Positions 36,055 through 47,683 of a stretch of 64,000 bases of DNA are shown here, in pieces (positions within the stretch are counted from its first letter, which is position 1; each line of letters starts with the position of its first letter). Source of the DNA: Acidobacteriota bacterium (lineage in GTDB: Bacteria; Acidobacteriota; UBA890; WLXD01); contig CBDFKD010000002.1 in the NCBI GenBank assembly GCA_965248695.1, positions 1,472,001 through 1,536,000 of the forward strand. The letters are read 5' to 3'. The notes beneath the pieces are model-generated. The model saw only the letters and a list, made by a program, of their open reading frames with translations, was not told where the DNA came from and did no database searches. A program made the position numbers and the translations under genes.

Positions 36055-38124
36055 CTAGAAGTTGTTCGGAAAGTCGCCGGGTTCGCCGGCGTGCATACTT
36101 TCGGACCACTGCCAATCGAACACCGGCCGAACCACGTTGCAGATGAGCTCGTTCACGGCGCGATGGCTTTGCTGCCACGCCGCGTTGGTGAGCGAAACCC
36201 ACGCGGCATCCGAGTTCGAGATCGTAATCCGACCGAATTGCTGACGACCGACCACCCATGGGGCATCCATGCGATGCGCCCAGTCGGGATCGTACAGCTC
36301 ATTCGACCCGGGGGCGTACGCATGACTCCAGCGGTTGATGATGATGCCCGCGACATCGCGCTGTGAGTCAAAGCCACCAGGTCCCAGGACGCGATCGAGC
36401 TGGTCGCGGATGTTGCGCTCGAACGTTTCGAAGGTGATCTGCTGCAGCTCGGCCCGGCTGGCCTTCCATTGTTCGCGCGGCGGCAGCCCGGAGCCCGCCT
36501 TCTCCAGGATGCGAGCGGTGAGGCCCATCCGGACGACAATCGGTTCGTCCGGCGAGGACGCGTTCTGATATCCGCCGATGGCCGCCGGGACGGCGAGCCC
36601 GATCGACTCATAGAACATGCCTGGGCAGCTGATCGACGAGACGCCCAGCTTCTGGAACGCACGCCAGTTACGGATGGCCACGTTGGTCGCGACGAGCGGC
36701 TTCCGCACCGCCATCCGTAGCGCCTCCTTCTGCGTCTCCGGCAGGTCCGGCACCATATGGGGCACGATGTTGTTGGGGCAGGCCATCACGACGCCGCGGG
36801 CGCGGACGGTGTGGGCTCTGCCGTCATGCAGATAGGCCACCTCGACTTCCTTGGCCGTCATAGGGTCGCCCAGGTGCCTGGCGCGCATCCCCATGCTCGA
36901 CAGACGAATGCGCACATCGTTCGTCGGACGGTCCAGGGCGTCGTAGTCGATATGTTGCAGGACCGAATCATCGGCCGTGCGGCCTGGCAAGGCGTCCGGT
37001 ATCAGCCACCGGACCAAGAGCCGCGCCGCGGTGGTCGCGTTGTCGGGCCAGGCGATGTTCCGCCCCGGGTCTTTGACCAGGTTGGACAACTGCGAGGCGG
37101 GCGGGAGGGACATCCCGTTGAAGCCGGGCGCGCCTTTCCGCCAGGCATACCAGGCGCTATAGGTATCCGGACCGGCGGTCTGGTTGGTCCCGCCCGTGCC
37201 GCCCACCGAGAGGACATGGGCTACCGCGTCGGGATGGATCTTGACGACCTTGCTCGCAAAGTCGATGTAGCTCATTTTCTTGAGCTGCTCGACTTTATCC
37301 GCGGTCGGGACGCCGGGCATCCAGTCGCGGTGCTCGGTGAACAGCTTCAACAAGCCCTCTCGGGTGCCGGCTGAATACGGCGTCTGGGCAAAGAACTCGG
37401 CGAACCGAGCACTCGTCGTCCCTTCCTCGCCCCTGGTTCCCCGGAGGCCCAATTCGGGCGGTGGGTCCATAACGAGCCGGTCCTCACCAGAGGACTCCTT
37501 GTCGAAGAACACCGCTCGCCGGAGACCCAACTTTCGCGGGGCGTTCGGGTTCTTGGCCACTTCTCTATCGTGGTGCGCGCGGTCGATCCCGATATCGCGC
37601 ATCAGCTCCTGTGCCTCGGGCGTAAACGTATTCGGACGCCAGAGGGCGGCGGTGCCGCCGCCCGCGATCAGGCGCTTGCCGTCCACCATGAATTCGTTGC
37701 GCACGGCGTGGCCCCCGAAATCCTCGCACGCATCGATCAGCAGGACCTTCGAGTGCGGGATCTGCTTCCGATAAAAATAGGCGGCGCCAAGTCCGGCCAT
37801 GCCGGCACCAACGACAACCAGGTCGTAGAACTCGCCGGTATCGACCGGGGCGCTGAACGCTTGCCCGTCGCGGACGGCATGCCCCGCATTCATGGCCGCG
37901 TCAGTTTGCCCGCGGAGCCCTGTGATGCTGGGTGGATAATCCGAAGGCGGCGGTGACGGCAGCGGCAGTTGCGGGGATGCCGTGTGCGCGTGCGCCGGGG
38001 TGGCGCCTGCCAGAACGGGGACGACCATTGTGCCCCCGACGGTCACAGCCACGCCGTCCAGGAAATCCCGCCGTGAGATTTCTGCTTCCATGCCGAGTGC
38101 GCGATCACGCTTCTTCTTGTTCAT
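36055..38124 (-). CDS. Tat-exported FAD-dependent oxidoreductase (spermidine dehydrogenase-like)
   Basis: ISRRDFL Tat motif, YPPSITGLRG, VVGAGMAGL, DFGGHAVRNEF, NRWSHAYA, ISNSDA; start MNKKKRD at 38124. Confidence 0.8.
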   Translation of the reverse strand: MNKKKRDRALGMEAEISRRDFLDGVAVTVGGTMVVPVLAGATPAHAHTASPQLPLPSPPPSDYPPSITGLRGQTDAAMNAGHAVRDGQAFSAPVDTGEFYDLVVVGAGMAGLGAAYFYRKQIPHSKVLLIDACEDFGGHAVRNEFMVDGKRLIAGGGTAALWRPNTFTPEAQELMRDIGIDRAHHDREVAKNPNAPRKLGLRRAVFFDKESSGEDRLVMDPPPELGLRGTRGEEGTTSARFAEFFAQTPYSAGTREGLLKLFTEHRDWMPGVPTADKVEQLKKMSYIDFASKVVKIHPDAVAHVLSVGGTGGTNQTAGPDTYSAWYAWRKGAPGFNGMSLPPASQLSNLVKDPGRNIAWPDNATTAARLLVRWLIPDALPGRTADDSVLQHIDYDALDRPTNDVRIRLSSMGMRARHLGDPMTAKEVEVAYLHDGRAHTVRARGVVMACPNNIVPHMVPDLPETQKEALRMAVRKPLVATNVAIRNWRAFQKLGVSSISCPGMFYESIGLAVPAAIGGYQNASSPDEPIVVRMGLTARILEKAGSGLPPREQWKASRAELQQITFETFERNIRDQLDRVLGPGGFDSQRDVAGIIINRWSHAYAPGSNELYDPDWAHRMDAPWVVGRQQFGRITISNSDAAWVSLTNAAWQQSHRAVNELICNVVRPVFDWQWSESMHAGEPGDFPNNF

Positions 38125-38311
38125 GACACACCTCTTGTCAGCAAGATCACGAAGGCCCCAAGTCGCTTGCCCGGGGAGGCTAACCGCCCCACGCCCCTGT
38201 AGATAGCGGTCGGATGCAAGCACGGCGTCGCCAGTATGTCCAGACTGAGCGCTACCCCGCATGGTAGTGATGCCGAGATGCAGCGTACATGCAGTTCTGG
38301 ACCATGTAACG

Positions 38312-38374
38312 CAGATCCACGTCGCTCTCAACTGGTTCGACGAGCTGAGGCGGCGCGTGCCGACGGACCCGTAG
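38312..38374 (+). pseudogene. Orphan 3' remnant of a Ser/Thr kinase-propeller gene
   Basis: QIHVALNWFDELRRRVPTDP* matches the ends of the copies stopping at 45893 and 50511; the next ~55 bp resemble those after 45893. Confidence 0.8.
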
Positions 38375-38438
38375 CGGCGTCCAGCCGAGTCTCGGGAGCC
38401 CGCGCCATCAACGCGCCCACCTGGTCCGACGGTAGGCC

Positions 38439-38607
38439 GTGAGCGCGGATGAGCGTGCGCATACGCCGATGAGCGCGCACTCCGGGTGCACTCAGGTCGG
38501 CGCCCGGCTCCGAGATTGGGACGGGGCACTCCCGGACTGCTGCCGTTGGATCTCCGACGCTCCGGCGGTAGTCTTCAGGCGCTCATCCACCTCCCGCTGG
38601 TAGTGCC
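38439..38607 (+). repeat. Conserved ~170-bp kinase leader repeat including promoter TTGGAT-N17-TAGTCT (38546-38574)
   Basis: Shares GTGAGCGC..ATGAGCGTGCGCA and CACTCCGGGTGCACTC with 33436-33490; promoter-to-ATG segment nearly identical to 43125-43187. Confidence 0.8.
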
Positions 38608-38772
38608 ATGGAACCCGGCACCAAACTAGGCCCCTAAGAGATCATCGAGCAGCTCGGTGAAGGCGGGATGGGGCAGGTATACCGGGCACGCGACACGACG
38701 CTGGATCGTGATGTCGCCATCAAGGTGCTGCCGGAGGACTTCGCCAGCGATGCCAACCGGCTGTCTCGCTTG
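38608..38772 (+). pseudogene. 5' remnant of a Ser/Thr kinase gene with TAC>TAA stop at codon 10
   Basis: [54 protein letters not shown], then unrelated sequence. Confidence 0.85.
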
Positions 38773-38816
38773 ACGGTGTTCTTCAAGACCGAGACTGTCT
38801 GGACTGGAGGAATCCG

Positions 38817-41039
38817 ATGCTGAGACGAGTACTGACGATGAGCGCCCTGACGCTGATCGTAATTGCATTCGCATCAACGACGCAGCTCCTTACAGCGCCG
38901 GTCCAGGCTCAAGAAATCCCGGAACCGATGGCCACCGCGGCCAGGATGGTGTCGACATACGAGGCGATCTGTGCCGAGTGCCATGACAGTCAGGGCGACG
39001 AGATCCTGGCACCTACTCGGGCGGCGCTCAGGCAGATGGATCCGGAGCGGGTGCTCCTTGCCCTGATGGACGGGCCTATGGCGGAGTTCGCGTCCGAGCT
39101 GCGCGACGACGAGCTACGAGCAATGGCAGAACTGGTAACCGGCAGACCTCTCAGTAGCTCGGTCGACCGCACCATCTATCCTGTAAGGATGGTCGGTGCG
39201 TTCGAAAACGGGTGTGCGGTCTGCCACGACAATTCACCTGCCGGTCGCCCTGTTTCGGGCGGAACCGCTCTTGCTGACATGCCCTCGCGGTTCGACATCC
39301 AGCAGATGGAAGCCGACGAGCTCCTGGCAGTGTTGAACCGGCCGATCGCGGCCCATGACGAGAGTGTTCGCTTTCGGATCTTCCGCGACAAAGCGTACAA
39401 GCGCGCCGTCGTCGAGCTCGTGACCGGCAAGCCGTTCGGCGGTGTTGCCCACCGCGAGGCGGCGGCCATGCCGAACCAGTGTGCCAGGCCCATAAAACTG
39501 GACAACTGGGAGAACCAGCCCAGCTGGAACGGTTGGGATCCCGAGCTCGGGGTGCATCGGTTCGCGTCGGAGGCGATCGGCGGGATCACCGCGGCGGACA
39601 TTCCGCGGCTGAAGCTGAAGTGGGTTTTCGCGTTTCCGGACGCCGGCACCGCCAACTGGTCGCAACCCAGCGTGGTGGGCGGCGCGCTGTTCATGACGAG
39701 CGATAACTCCTTCGTCTATGCGCTCGACGCCAAGACCGGCTGCGTTCACTGGTCGTATCGCGCGCAGACGTTGGTTCGGGGCGCGGTCAAGATCGGCCCG
39801 GTCGATGGTGTGCCTGGGGTCCGCTATGGCGCGTATTTCGGCGACTTGGACGGGCTCGTGTACGGCGTGAACGCCGAGACCGGCGAAGAGATGTGGATCG
39901 TGCGCGCTGAAGATCATCCACAGGCGATGATCTCATCGGCTGTCAGGCTCGATTCCTCGGGCGAGCGCCTGTATGTGCCGGTCGCGTCGTGGGAGGACGA
40001 GGCTGGGGCCTGGCTCGAGTACGAGTGCTGCACGTTCCAGGGCAGCGTCGTGGCCGTCGACGTGAAGACCGGAGAGAAGGTCTGGCAAACGTACGCTTTC
40101 GAGGACCGGCCTCGGTCGCTCGACAAGAGCAACTCGGCTGACACGCCGCTGTTCGGACCAGCCGGCGCCGGCATCTGGAGCTCGCTGACGATCGACGAGG
40201 AACGGCGCGCCATCTATGTGCCCACCGGAAACTGCTTCATCACCGAATACTTCGGCGTCGACAACGTGAGCTTCGACGGAGGCGCCTGCGACGCGGTGCT
40301 GGCCCTCGACATGGATACGGGTCGACGGCTGTGGATGACCAACCTCCTTCCCGCGGCCTCGGATCGACACCCGGGTGGCTGCGGCCGCGGACCCGAGCGT
40401 CGGATCAACTGCCCTGGCTTCGTCGAGGGCCCCGGAGACGACGTCAACCAGGCGATTCTACTGAACCTGCCGAACGGTCGTCGAGTGCTGCTGGGCGTAC
40501 AGGAGAGCGGCCGCATCACGGCTTTGGATCCTGACAACGACGGGGCAGTCCTCTGGGTAGCTCAGGCCGGCGACCGTCGCGGGATCAACGGCGCGGCCTG
40601 GGGCGGGGCGTCAGACGGCGAGCTCTTCTATCGTCCGCTGGTCTACCGGGACACGAGCGGCGCCGTTGCGGCGCTGCGGGTAACGACGGGCGAGCGCGTC
40701 TGGTACACGGAACTGCCGACGGTAGAGGACTGCACCCTGCCGGGTTGGGGATCTTGCTCTTCGGGCATTACGGCGGCGGCAACCGCAGTGCCCGGCGCCG
40801 TTTTCGCCGGCTCGAGCGAGGGCACACTGCGGGCATACGCGAAGGCGGATGGCCGGATTCTCTGGGAATACCCCACGGACAGAGAATACGAAGCCATCAA
40901 CGGTGTGCCGGCATTCGGCGGCGGGATCGGGGCCACTTCCCCGACGATCGTCGATGGGATGATGTACATCGGATCCGGGTACGTGATTTGGGGCAATAAC
41001 CCGGGGAATGTGCTATTGGCGTTCGGGATAGACGACTAG
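38817..41039 (+). CDS. PQQ-dependent quinohemoprotein dehydrogenase (polyvinyl alcohol dehydrogenase-like) with two cytochrome c domains
   Basis: Signal peptide, CAECH and [27 protein letters not shown] propeller repeats, PGNVLLAF end; GGAGG RBS. Confidence 0.85.
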   Translation: MLRRVLTMSALTLIVIAFASTTQLLTAPVQAQEIPEPMATAARMVSTYEAICAECHDSQGDEILAPTRAALRQMDPERVLLALMDGPMAEFASELRDDELRAMAELVTGRPLSSSVDRTIYPVRMVGAFENGCAVCHDNSPAGRPVSGGTALADMPSRFDIQQMEADELLAVLNRPIAAHDESVRFRIFRDKAYKRAVVELVTGKPFGGVAHREAAAMPNQCARPIKLDNWENQPSWNGWDPELGVHRFASEAIGGITAADIPRLKLKWVFAFPDAGTANWSQPSVVGGALFMTSDNSFVYALDAKTGCVHWSYRAQTLVRGAVKIGPVDGVPGVRYGAYFGDLDGLVYGVNAETGEEMWIVRAEDHPQAMISSAVRLDSSGERLYVPVASWEDEAGAWLEYECCTFQGSVVAVDVKTGEKVWQTYAFEDRPRSLDKSNSADTPLFGPAGAGIWSSLTIDEERRAIYVPTGNCFITEYFGVDNVSFDGGACDAVLALDMDTGRRLWMTNLLPAASDRHPGGCGRGPERRINCPGFVEGPGDDVNQAILLNLPNGRRVLLGVQESGRITALDPDNDGAVLWVAQAGDRRGINGAAWGGASDGELFYRPLVYRDTSGAVAALRVTTGERVWYTELPTVEDCTLPGWGSCSSGITAAATAVPGAVFAGSSEGTLRAYAKADGRILWEYPTDREYEAINGVPAFGGGIGATSPTIVDGMMYIGSGYVIWGNNPGNVLLAFGIDD

Positions 41040-41237
41040 GAGCTGGGTACCGTTTACCAAGACAGCCGCGTTGTTTACCAAGACGTTGCACGACAGCGCT
41101 CGCCCATCCGGGTTCAGGCGACCGATAGGCTTGGGCGCGGCGTCCGGATGGGCGGACTTGCTCATCGGGTAGCGACGACGGTATAGAGGAACCGGCTGCG
41201 AAGCGCACCTCGGTAGCGGAGTCGCTCGGAGAAACCG

Positions 41238-42917
41238 ATGGGTCACTACATGCGTAGGGCGCTTCTGGGCATAGCGCCTCTGGCTCTTGTCGGCCTCGGG
41301 GCCGAGACCCTGAGCGGCACGTTGCTCGTCAAGACGCTGGACGACAGGAGCTCGCCACGGGCGCAGTTCGTCCTCGCCGGCGACGAAGGGCAGCGTGTCC
41401 TGTTGGTGCTGGATCGAGCTCCCGCCGTCGAGGCCGGGGACACGGTCACGGCCAGCGGCCGTTGGTTGGACGAGATCAGATTCCGGGTCGACTCCCTCGA
41501 GGTCGAGGAACGCCGGGCCAGGACCGACGGCCCGCTCGTCCGCGCGCCGATGCTGCATAGGGTGGCCGTTCTGGCCATGCAGGAGGCGGATCTGTCTGCA
41601 GACAAGGCCCTGGCCGAGCTGGATACGATGGCCGGATTCTTCGAGGAGATCTCCCGGGGCACCGACAGATTCACGGGCACCACGTTCAAGAAATACAGCA
41701 TCGACTACACCGCCACGGACTGCTTGTACGACAACACCGACAACCTGTCCGATGCGCTGATCGAAGCCTTCGAGAAGGACGGGTTCGACCCATCGGAGTT
41801 CGACCACATCGCTACGGTTGTACCGAGCAGCTGCGGGTCGGATTGGAGCGGTGCCTGGGCGTACACAGGTGGTATCCGGAACGATGGCGTCCCGGTCTTC
41901 GCGACCTTGTCGATGTACAAGGACGACGTCTATGACCCATGGTTCCTGGCGCACGAGCTGGGCCACAACCTGGGCATGAACCACGCGAGGAGCATGAAGT
42001 GCGGAGGCCCTCCCTACTACAGCACCGGCGGACGGGGTTGCTCGTTTCAGGAGTACGGCAACTACAACGACGTCATGGGCAACGGTGAAGGGGTGTACTT
42101 CAGTGGCTACTACCAACGCTATCTGGGATGGATAGGAGCCAAGAACGTGGTGACCGCCGGAAGAGACGGAGAGTTCAACCTGCAACCCGTGGATGCCGGG
42201 GAGTGTGGAATTCAGGCACTCCGCGTCCCCATCCCTGGCGAGAGCACTTCCTACTTCTATGTCGAGTTCAGACAGGCCAGGAAGGACAGTACCTACTCGG
42301 GCACCGGCCGATGGGGCAAGAAGCACCGCGACTCGGTGCTCGTTACCCGCTCGGAGGACGGAAACGGTCGGGCCCCTTCGTCCTACACGGATCGGATCGA
42401 AGTGGATACGGGTCGCTACGTCGGTGCCGAGCAAGGCCGTGCCTACGACCTGGGCAACGGGGTCTCGCTGACGGTAGCGTGGATCGAGTCTTATGCGCGG
42501 GTGTCGATCGAGACACCCAGGAACGCAAGACACCGCGACGACAATCGGAAACGGCTCCGCTCCGAGCAGGACGGCAGCTTCGGCGCGACGAGGTGCGACC
42601 TCCTCGACAGGCAGCAGCGGTTGGAAGGCGGAGAGTATCTACGCTCTGCCAACATGCGGTACACGTTCGGTATGAGCCCTGACGGCAACCTGGAGCTGTT
42701 GAAGGGCGCCAAACCGATCTGGAGTGCCGATACCTGCTGCGCGGACGCCTACGCGATCATGCAGAGGGATGGCGACTTGGTGGTCTACGACGGTGGGGGG
42801 GTCCGATTCTCGTCCGGCACAGCGGGGAACAGGGGGGCCAAGCTGGTCGTCCGAAACAACGGCACGGCAGTCATCTTGGACAGGGCCGCGAACGTGGTCT
42901 GGTCCACCGAACGGTAA
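41238..42917 (+). CDS. Secreted metzincin metalloprotease (M11-like) with C-terminal bulb-type (B-) lectin domain
   Basis: HELGHNLGMNH, EYGNYNDVMG Met-turn; MSPDGNLEL, MQRDGDLVVY, VRNNGTAVI lectin repeats. Confidence 0.78.
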   Translation: MGHYMRRALLGIAPLALVGLGAETLSGTLLVKTLDDRSSPRAQFVLAGDEGQRVLLVLDRAPAVEAGDTVTASGRWLDEIRFRVDSLEVEERRARTDGPLVRAPMLHRVAVLAMQEADLSADKALAELDTMAGFFEEISRGTDRFTGTTFKKYSIDYTATDCLYDNTDNLSDALIEAFEKDGFDPSEFDHIATVVPSSCGSDWSGAWAYTGGIRNDGVPVFATLSMYKDDVYDPWFLAHELGHNLGMNHARSMKCGGPPYYSTGGRGCSFQEYGNYNDVMGNGEGVYFSGYYQRYLGWIGAKNVVTAGRDGEFNLQPVDAGECGIQALRVPIPGESTSYFYVEFRQARKDSTYSGTGRWGKKHRDSVLVTRSEDGNGRAPSSYTDRIEVDTGRYVGAEQGRAYDLGNGVSLTVAWIESYARVSIETPRNARHRDDNRKRLRSEQDGSFGATRCDLLDRQQRLEGGEYLRSANMRYTFGMSPDGNLELLKGAKPIWSADTCCADAYAIMQRDGDLVVYDGGGVRFSSGTAGNRGAKLVVRNNGTAVILDRAANVVWSTER

Positions 42918-43061
42918 TCGTCGGCTCGGTGGATTGGAGCACTACCGGGTGCTTCGGGCTCGCGCCTTTGGGAACTGGAGCGAGGTAGTCACCGCCTGAG
43001 AGAATCCGGCTGCAGGCCGAAGCTCGCCCGAATCCGCCGTCGATTTCTTAACTTGACAGTA

Positions 43062-43187
43062 ACCGGGTGCACTCGCCTTGCGACGGGATCGGAACCCGGA
43101 ACGGGTACTAGGCCGCTTCCTCGCGTTGGATCTCCGACGCTCCGGCGGTAGTCTTCAGGCGTTCATCCACCTCCCGTTGGTAGCGCC
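43062..43187 (+). repeat. Conserved kinase leader/promoter copy (TTGGAT 43126 - TAGTCT 43149)
   Basis: CCGGGTGCACTC and TTGGATCTCCGACGCTCCGGCGGTAGTCTTCAGGCG shared with the 38.5 kb copy. Confidence 0.8.
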
Positions 43188-45893
43188 ATGGAACCCGGCA
43201 CCAAACTAGGCCCCTACGAAATTACCGAGCAGCTCGGCGCTGGCGGCATGGGCGAGGTGTGGCTGGCGCAGGACACGCGCCTGGGCCGCAAGGTGGCCAT
43301 CAAGGTGCTACCCGCCGAGTTCGCTTCTGATCCCGAGCGCCTGGCCCGCTTCGAGCAAGAAGCCCGTGCCGCAGCAGCCCTGAATCATCCGCACATCGCC
43401 TCGGTCTTCGATGTCGGCACCGAAGACGACACCCACTTCATGGTGCAGGAGTACCTGGAGGGGGAGACGCTCGGCGAACCGCTGGGCAAGGGTGCGCTGC
43501 CGCTCAAGAAGGCACTCACGTTGGCCACCGAGATCGCCGAGGCGCTCGCTGCTGCACACGCCGCCGGGATCATCCACCGGGATCTAAAGCCGGAGAACAT
43601 CTTCGTCACCATGGAGGGCCACGCCAAGGTGCTGGACTTCGGTTTGGCGAAGCTTACCGAGGTGGCGGCGACGGGATCACCGGGCGGTGCAACGCAGTCG
43701 CCAACGATGATGGGCACGGTGGCCGGTCAGGTGATGGGCACTGCCAGGTACATGGCCCCGGAGCAGGTAGAGGGCTCTGAGGAGATCGACCATCGGGCCG
43801 ATATCTCCGCGTTCGGTTGCGTACTGTACGAGATGGTCGCGGGCGTGCAGCCGTTCGCGGGCAAGAGCGTGCCCGACACGCTGTCGAAGATCCTCCACGA
43901 TGAGCCCCGGGATTTCACGGAGGCACTGGGCAAGATCCCCGCCGAGCTCGGTAGAGTGACCTGCAAGTGTCTGGCGAAGGAGCCGGACGAGCGCTACCAG
44001 CACGCCGACGACCTGGTGGTGGATTTGCGCGCGGTGGCGAGCCAGGTGGAGAGGGGCAAGCTCGGGAGTCCGGGTGGAGCGGGGATTGGGATCGGATCGG
44101 CGGTTGGGGACCGAGCGAGCACCGCGCCGGCGGGCACTGCGATGCCGCGGCCGTCGGCGACCTGGAGGCGCACGGTGCCCTGGTTCGTTTCCGCTGTGGC
44201 GATCGTGGGCGCGGTAGCCGCGTGGGCTACCCGACCGGTGGGATCCGCGGACACCTCAATCGTTCGTTTCTCCATCGATCGGGGTCAACTCGAAGTGGTG
44301 GACTTTCTTGCGGCCCCGTTTGCCGTGTCGCCGGACGGCCGAACGATCGTGTACCTGGCGCCGGGCGACGAGGGCGAACAGTTCTTCCGCCGGCGCGTCG
44401 ACGAGCTCGAGCCAACCCCGATTCCCGACACCCACAACGCCCGAGGGCCCTTCTTTTCTCCCGACGGCAGCCGTCTCGGCTTCTTCGCCGACGGCGAGCT
44501 CAAGCAGGTCGAGCTGGCGGGCGGCCGGGCGACCACGGTCTGCGCCGTTTCGTCGACCAACGGCTCTGCGGTGTGGGGCGACGACGATCAGATTACCTTC
44601 GCACTACTGGCGATCAACGCCGGCCTGTTCCGGGTCGCCGCCTCCGGTGGGACGCCGGTGCCACTGACGACCCTGGACGCCGAGAAGGGCGAAGTTCAGC
44701 ACGCGAATCCGCAGATCCTGCCCGCTGGTCATGGGATCCTATTCGTTGCGAGCGCATCCGATGGTGGCCGTCAGCTTCAGATCGTGTCCCTGGAGTCAGG
44801 TCGAGTCTCTGCAATCGGCCAGGGCACGAAGGCGTTCTACGCGGCTCCGGGGCAGCTGTTGGTCCTGGACGCCCAGCAGCTGTTCGCCGTTCCTCTTGAC
44901 GTCGATGCCCTGCGCATTAGGGGCGGCAGGACAGCGCTGGTCGATCAGGTAATTAACCTGGATGTTTCTCCAGCGGGGACGCTCGTCTACTCCGACGGGG
45001 TGGATCCGATCGGGGGGCGGTCGATCGTGAAGATCGATCGCGAGGGCCGGGTCGAAGAGCTGCCCGGCCTCGAGCGCGGCGAGTACCTGTTCCCGGCGCT
45101 TTCTCCCGACGGCACGCGGCTGGCGTTCACCCAGGGCTACTTGATCACCGGCAGTCCGACGATCGGCGTCTACGAAATCGAACGCGGTGCGGCTAGCGGC
45201 CTTGCTCCGGGCTTCAATTCAAAATGGCGGCGTGAGGGCCAGAGCGTCGTCTTCGGGGATCGTCAGGGTGGCTTCGTGGGCTGGCGCCCGCTCGACCGGT
45301 CGGAGGAGGTGACGGAGCTGGTATCTAGCAGCGAAACGAGCTTGTGGGTCACGGATGTCTCGCCTGACGATCGGCGCGTTGCCTACTATGACATCCACCC
45401 GGAGACCGGCCGGGATATTTGGATGGTGCCGCTCGAGGGGGAGCCCACGCCGGAAGCGTTCCTGGTGACCCCAGCCAGCGAGCGTTCCGCGGTGTTTTCC
45501 CCCGACGGCGACTGGGTCGCCTACATGTCCGACGCCTCGGGCCGCGAGGAAGTCTACGTACGACCCTATCCCGCCGGTCAGCCCGAGTTTCAGGTGTCGG
45601 TTGGTGGTGGTCGCGAGCCGCGCTGGTCGGCCGACGGCAGCGAGATGTACTACCGGTCGGGCAGGGGACTCTACGCCGTGCCGGTGGCGACCGATCCGGA
45701 GTTCCGGGCCGGCGAGCCCGAGTTGCTGTTTACGGGCCGCTTCCACGTCGAGGCGGGGGGCCGCAATCAGAACTACGGCTTGGACGCCGACGGCAACTTC
45801 TACATCGTCCGGCTCCCGGAGGGCGGCGAGCGCATCAACGTCGTCCTCAACTGGTTTGAGGAGCTGAAGCGGCTTGTACCAACGGACCCGTAG
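43188..45893 (+). CDS. Hanks-type Ser/Thr kinase with TM helix and extracytoplasmic TolB/PD40 beta-propeller
   Basis: Kinase motifs, TM helix at about aa 330-350, multiple (F/L)SPDG repeats, [15 protein letters not shown] end. Confidence 0.92.
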   Translation: MEPGTKLGPYEITEQLGAGGMGEVWLAQDTRLGRKVAIKVLPAEFASDPERLARFEQEARAAAALNHPHIASVFDVGTEDDTHFMVQEYLEGETLGEPLGKGALPLKKALTLATEIAEALAAAHAAGIIHRDLKPENIFVTMEGHAKVLDFGLAKLTEVAATGSPGGATQSPTMMGTVAGQVMGTARYMAPEQVEGSEEIDHRADISAFGCVLYEMVAGVQPFAGKSVPDTLSKILHDEPRDFTEALGKIPAELGRVTCKCLAKEPDERYQHADDLVVDLRAVASQVERGKLGSPGGAGIGIGSAVGDRASTAPAGTAMPRPSATWRRTVPWFVSAVAIVGAVAAWATRPVGSADTSIVRFSIDRGQLEVVDFLAAPFAVSPDGRTIVYLAPGDEGEQFFRRRVDELEPTPIPDTHNARGPFFSPDGSRLGFFADGELKQVELAGGRATTVCAVSSTNGSAVWGDDDQITFALLAINAGLFRVAASGGTPVPLTTLDAEKGEVQHANPQILPAGHGILFVASASDGGRQLQIVSLESGRVSAIGQGTKAFYAAPGQLLVLDAQQLFAVPLDVDALRIRGGRTALVDQVINLDVSPAGTLVYSDGVDPIGGRSIVKIDREGRVEELPGLERGEYLFPALSPDGTRLAFTQGYLITGSPTIGVYEIERGAASGLAPGFNSKWRREGQSVVFGDRQGGFVGWRPLDRSEEVTELVSSSETSLWVTDVSPDDRRVAYYDIHPETGRDIWMVPLEGEPTPEAFLVTPASERSAVFSPDGDWVAYMSDASGREEVYVRPYPAGQPEFQVSVGGGREPRWSADGSEMYYRSGRGLYAVPVATDPEFRAGEPELLFTGRFHVEAGGRNQNYGLDADGNFYIVRLPEGGERINVVLNWFEELKRLVPTDP

Positions 45894-46088
45894 CGGCTCT
45901 AGCTCGATTCCCGGGAGCGACTATCCGCCTACGCGCCGACCTGGACGCGTCCACGACGCTTTCCCTCGTACACGAGATGCCAGGGGCGGTACCCGGCCGG
46001 ATCGAGCTGTTCGGAATACGAGTTGGCGAGCGAGCTGGAGCGATATCGTGCGTAGCGTGGCGAGCTCGAGTCGCAGGCACACAGCGCT

Positions 46089-47369
46089 TTGAGCGAGAAA
46101 CTCTCCCGGAGCCTGACGTTCATCGGGCTGCTGGGCTTCGGCTTCAACATCATGATCGGCTCTGGCATGTTCTTCCTGCCAGGCAGGGCCATGGCGATCA
46201 TGGGACCGGCGTCGATATTTGCGGTGATCGCGGCGCTGTCGGTCGCAGCGCTCCTGGTCTTCTGTTTCGCTGAGCTCAGCAGCCAGTTCAGCCAGACCGG
46301 TGGTCCGATCCTATACACCCACGCCACCATGGGGCCGGCGGCGGCTTTCGGCGTAGGGTGGTTGGGCTATCTGTCGAGGATCTCCTCGAACGCAGCCCTC
46401 GTAGTGATCTTCGCTACGGCCGCGGTGACAGCGTTCCCGGCACTCGGCGGCCTGGAGTCCGTTCTGATCGCGGCATTCATGGCGCTGCTTCTGCTCATCA
46501 ACCTCGGCGACGTGGCGTTCAACTCCCGCCTCATGGACGTCGTTCTGGTGCTCAAGGTCATTCCGTTGCTGGCGTTCATCTGCTGGGGGAGCTTCCACAT
46601 CCAGCCCGAGAACTTCACACCGTTTGCCCCTGATGGTGTGAGCAGGCTCGGCGAAGCGACGCTCGCGATCTTCTACACGATTGTCGGCTTCGAGCTGATG
46701 ACCGTGGTGTCAGGAGAGGTCCAGGAGCCGCAGCGCAACGTGCCCAGAGCACTGTTCATCGTGGTGATGACGAGTGGCGCGTTGCTGCTCTTGCTCTTCG
46801 TCGTGCTGATCGGCGCCTATCCGGAGGCGGCGCGCTCCGACAACCCCGTGGCCGACGCGGCCATGGCGCTCATGGGACCGGCCGGTCGCCTGATCAGTGT
46901 CGGTATCCTGTTCTCAGTGATCGGGGTCAACCTGAGCTGCGCGTTGGCGGCACCACGCTACTTGTATGCGATGTCGCTCGAGGGACATTTACCGGCGGTT
47001 TTCGCGCGCGTGTCCGACCGGCGTCGAGTTCCTCACGTTGCCGTGCTCACGAGCTTCGCGCTGGCTTATGCGCTCACGATCGGCAACAGCTACGTCGTCC
47101 TGGCCGTACTTGCCGTCATCGCCCGGATCGTCCAGTACATGGCGAGTTGCGTTGCGCTGCTGGTGCTTCGGTACCGAAAGGCACCGGACGAGATTCAGTA
47201 TCGCGCGCCGGGCGGACAGCTCATGGCCGCGGCCGCACTGCTCGTTTGCATCTGGCTCCTCCTGTCCGCCACGAGAAATCAATTGCTGTGGACGACGGTG
47301 GCACTGCTCGCCGGCTACGTTCTCTACTATGCCGGCAAGGTCCTGGCTCCGGCGCGCCGGGCACCATGA
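46089..47369 (+). CDS. APC-family amino acid permease
   Basis: MIGSGMF, FAELSS..SQTGG, GFE, EVQEPQRNVPRA, RYLYAMS..G.LP motifs. Confidence 0.88.
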   Translation: MSEKLSRSLTFIGLLGFGFNIMIGSGMFFLPGRAMAIMGPASIFAVIAALSVAALLVFCFAELSSQFSQTGGPILYTHATMGPAAAFGVGWLGYLSRISSNAALVVIFATAAVTAFPALGGLESVLIAAFMALLLLINLGDVAFNSRLMDVVLVLKVIPLLAFICWGSFHIQPENFTPFAPDGVSRLGEATLAIFYTIVGFELMTVVSGEVQEPQRNVPRALFIVVMTSGALLLLLFVVLIGAYPEAARSDNPVADAAMALMGPAGRLISVGILFSVIGVNLSCALAAPRYLYAMSLEGHLPAVFARVSDRRRVPHVAVLTSFALAYALTIGNSYVVLAVLAVIARIVQYMASCVALLVLRYRKAPDEIQYRAPGGQLMAAAALLVCIWLLLSATRNQLLWTTVALLAGYVLYYAGKVLAPARRAP

Positions 47370-47683
47370 GACGGTCGGCAGCAGTCATCCGGATCAAGCC
47401 GGTTCACCGAAATCGGCTTTGGTGCACAACTGACTACATAACGGATACTTGACATGGCATGCGACCGTAGCTCAGCTGGACCCGCCGCTTCCGCTGAAAT
47501 GCTTCTCGCATCAGGTACTTCGACGAGAACGAGCACGCCCGCAGCTCTTTGTTCGAGCCCTCGCGAAGTTAGCATAGGCAGCGAAGACGTTGATCGTGTG
47601 GGCGCCAGCGTCATTCATTCGTACACGGACCTGCGGATGGCTCGGTAGCATCGTAGCTCAGTCTCACGAAACGGCATCGTCCG

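Noticed and set aside
42920-43000. FGNWSEVVTA* as another kinase 3' remnant
   Set aside because: Only NW matches; too weak
47370-47680. Lower-GC intergenic stretch as an ncRNA or small gene
   Set aside because: No recognisable RNA family, structure or convincing ORF
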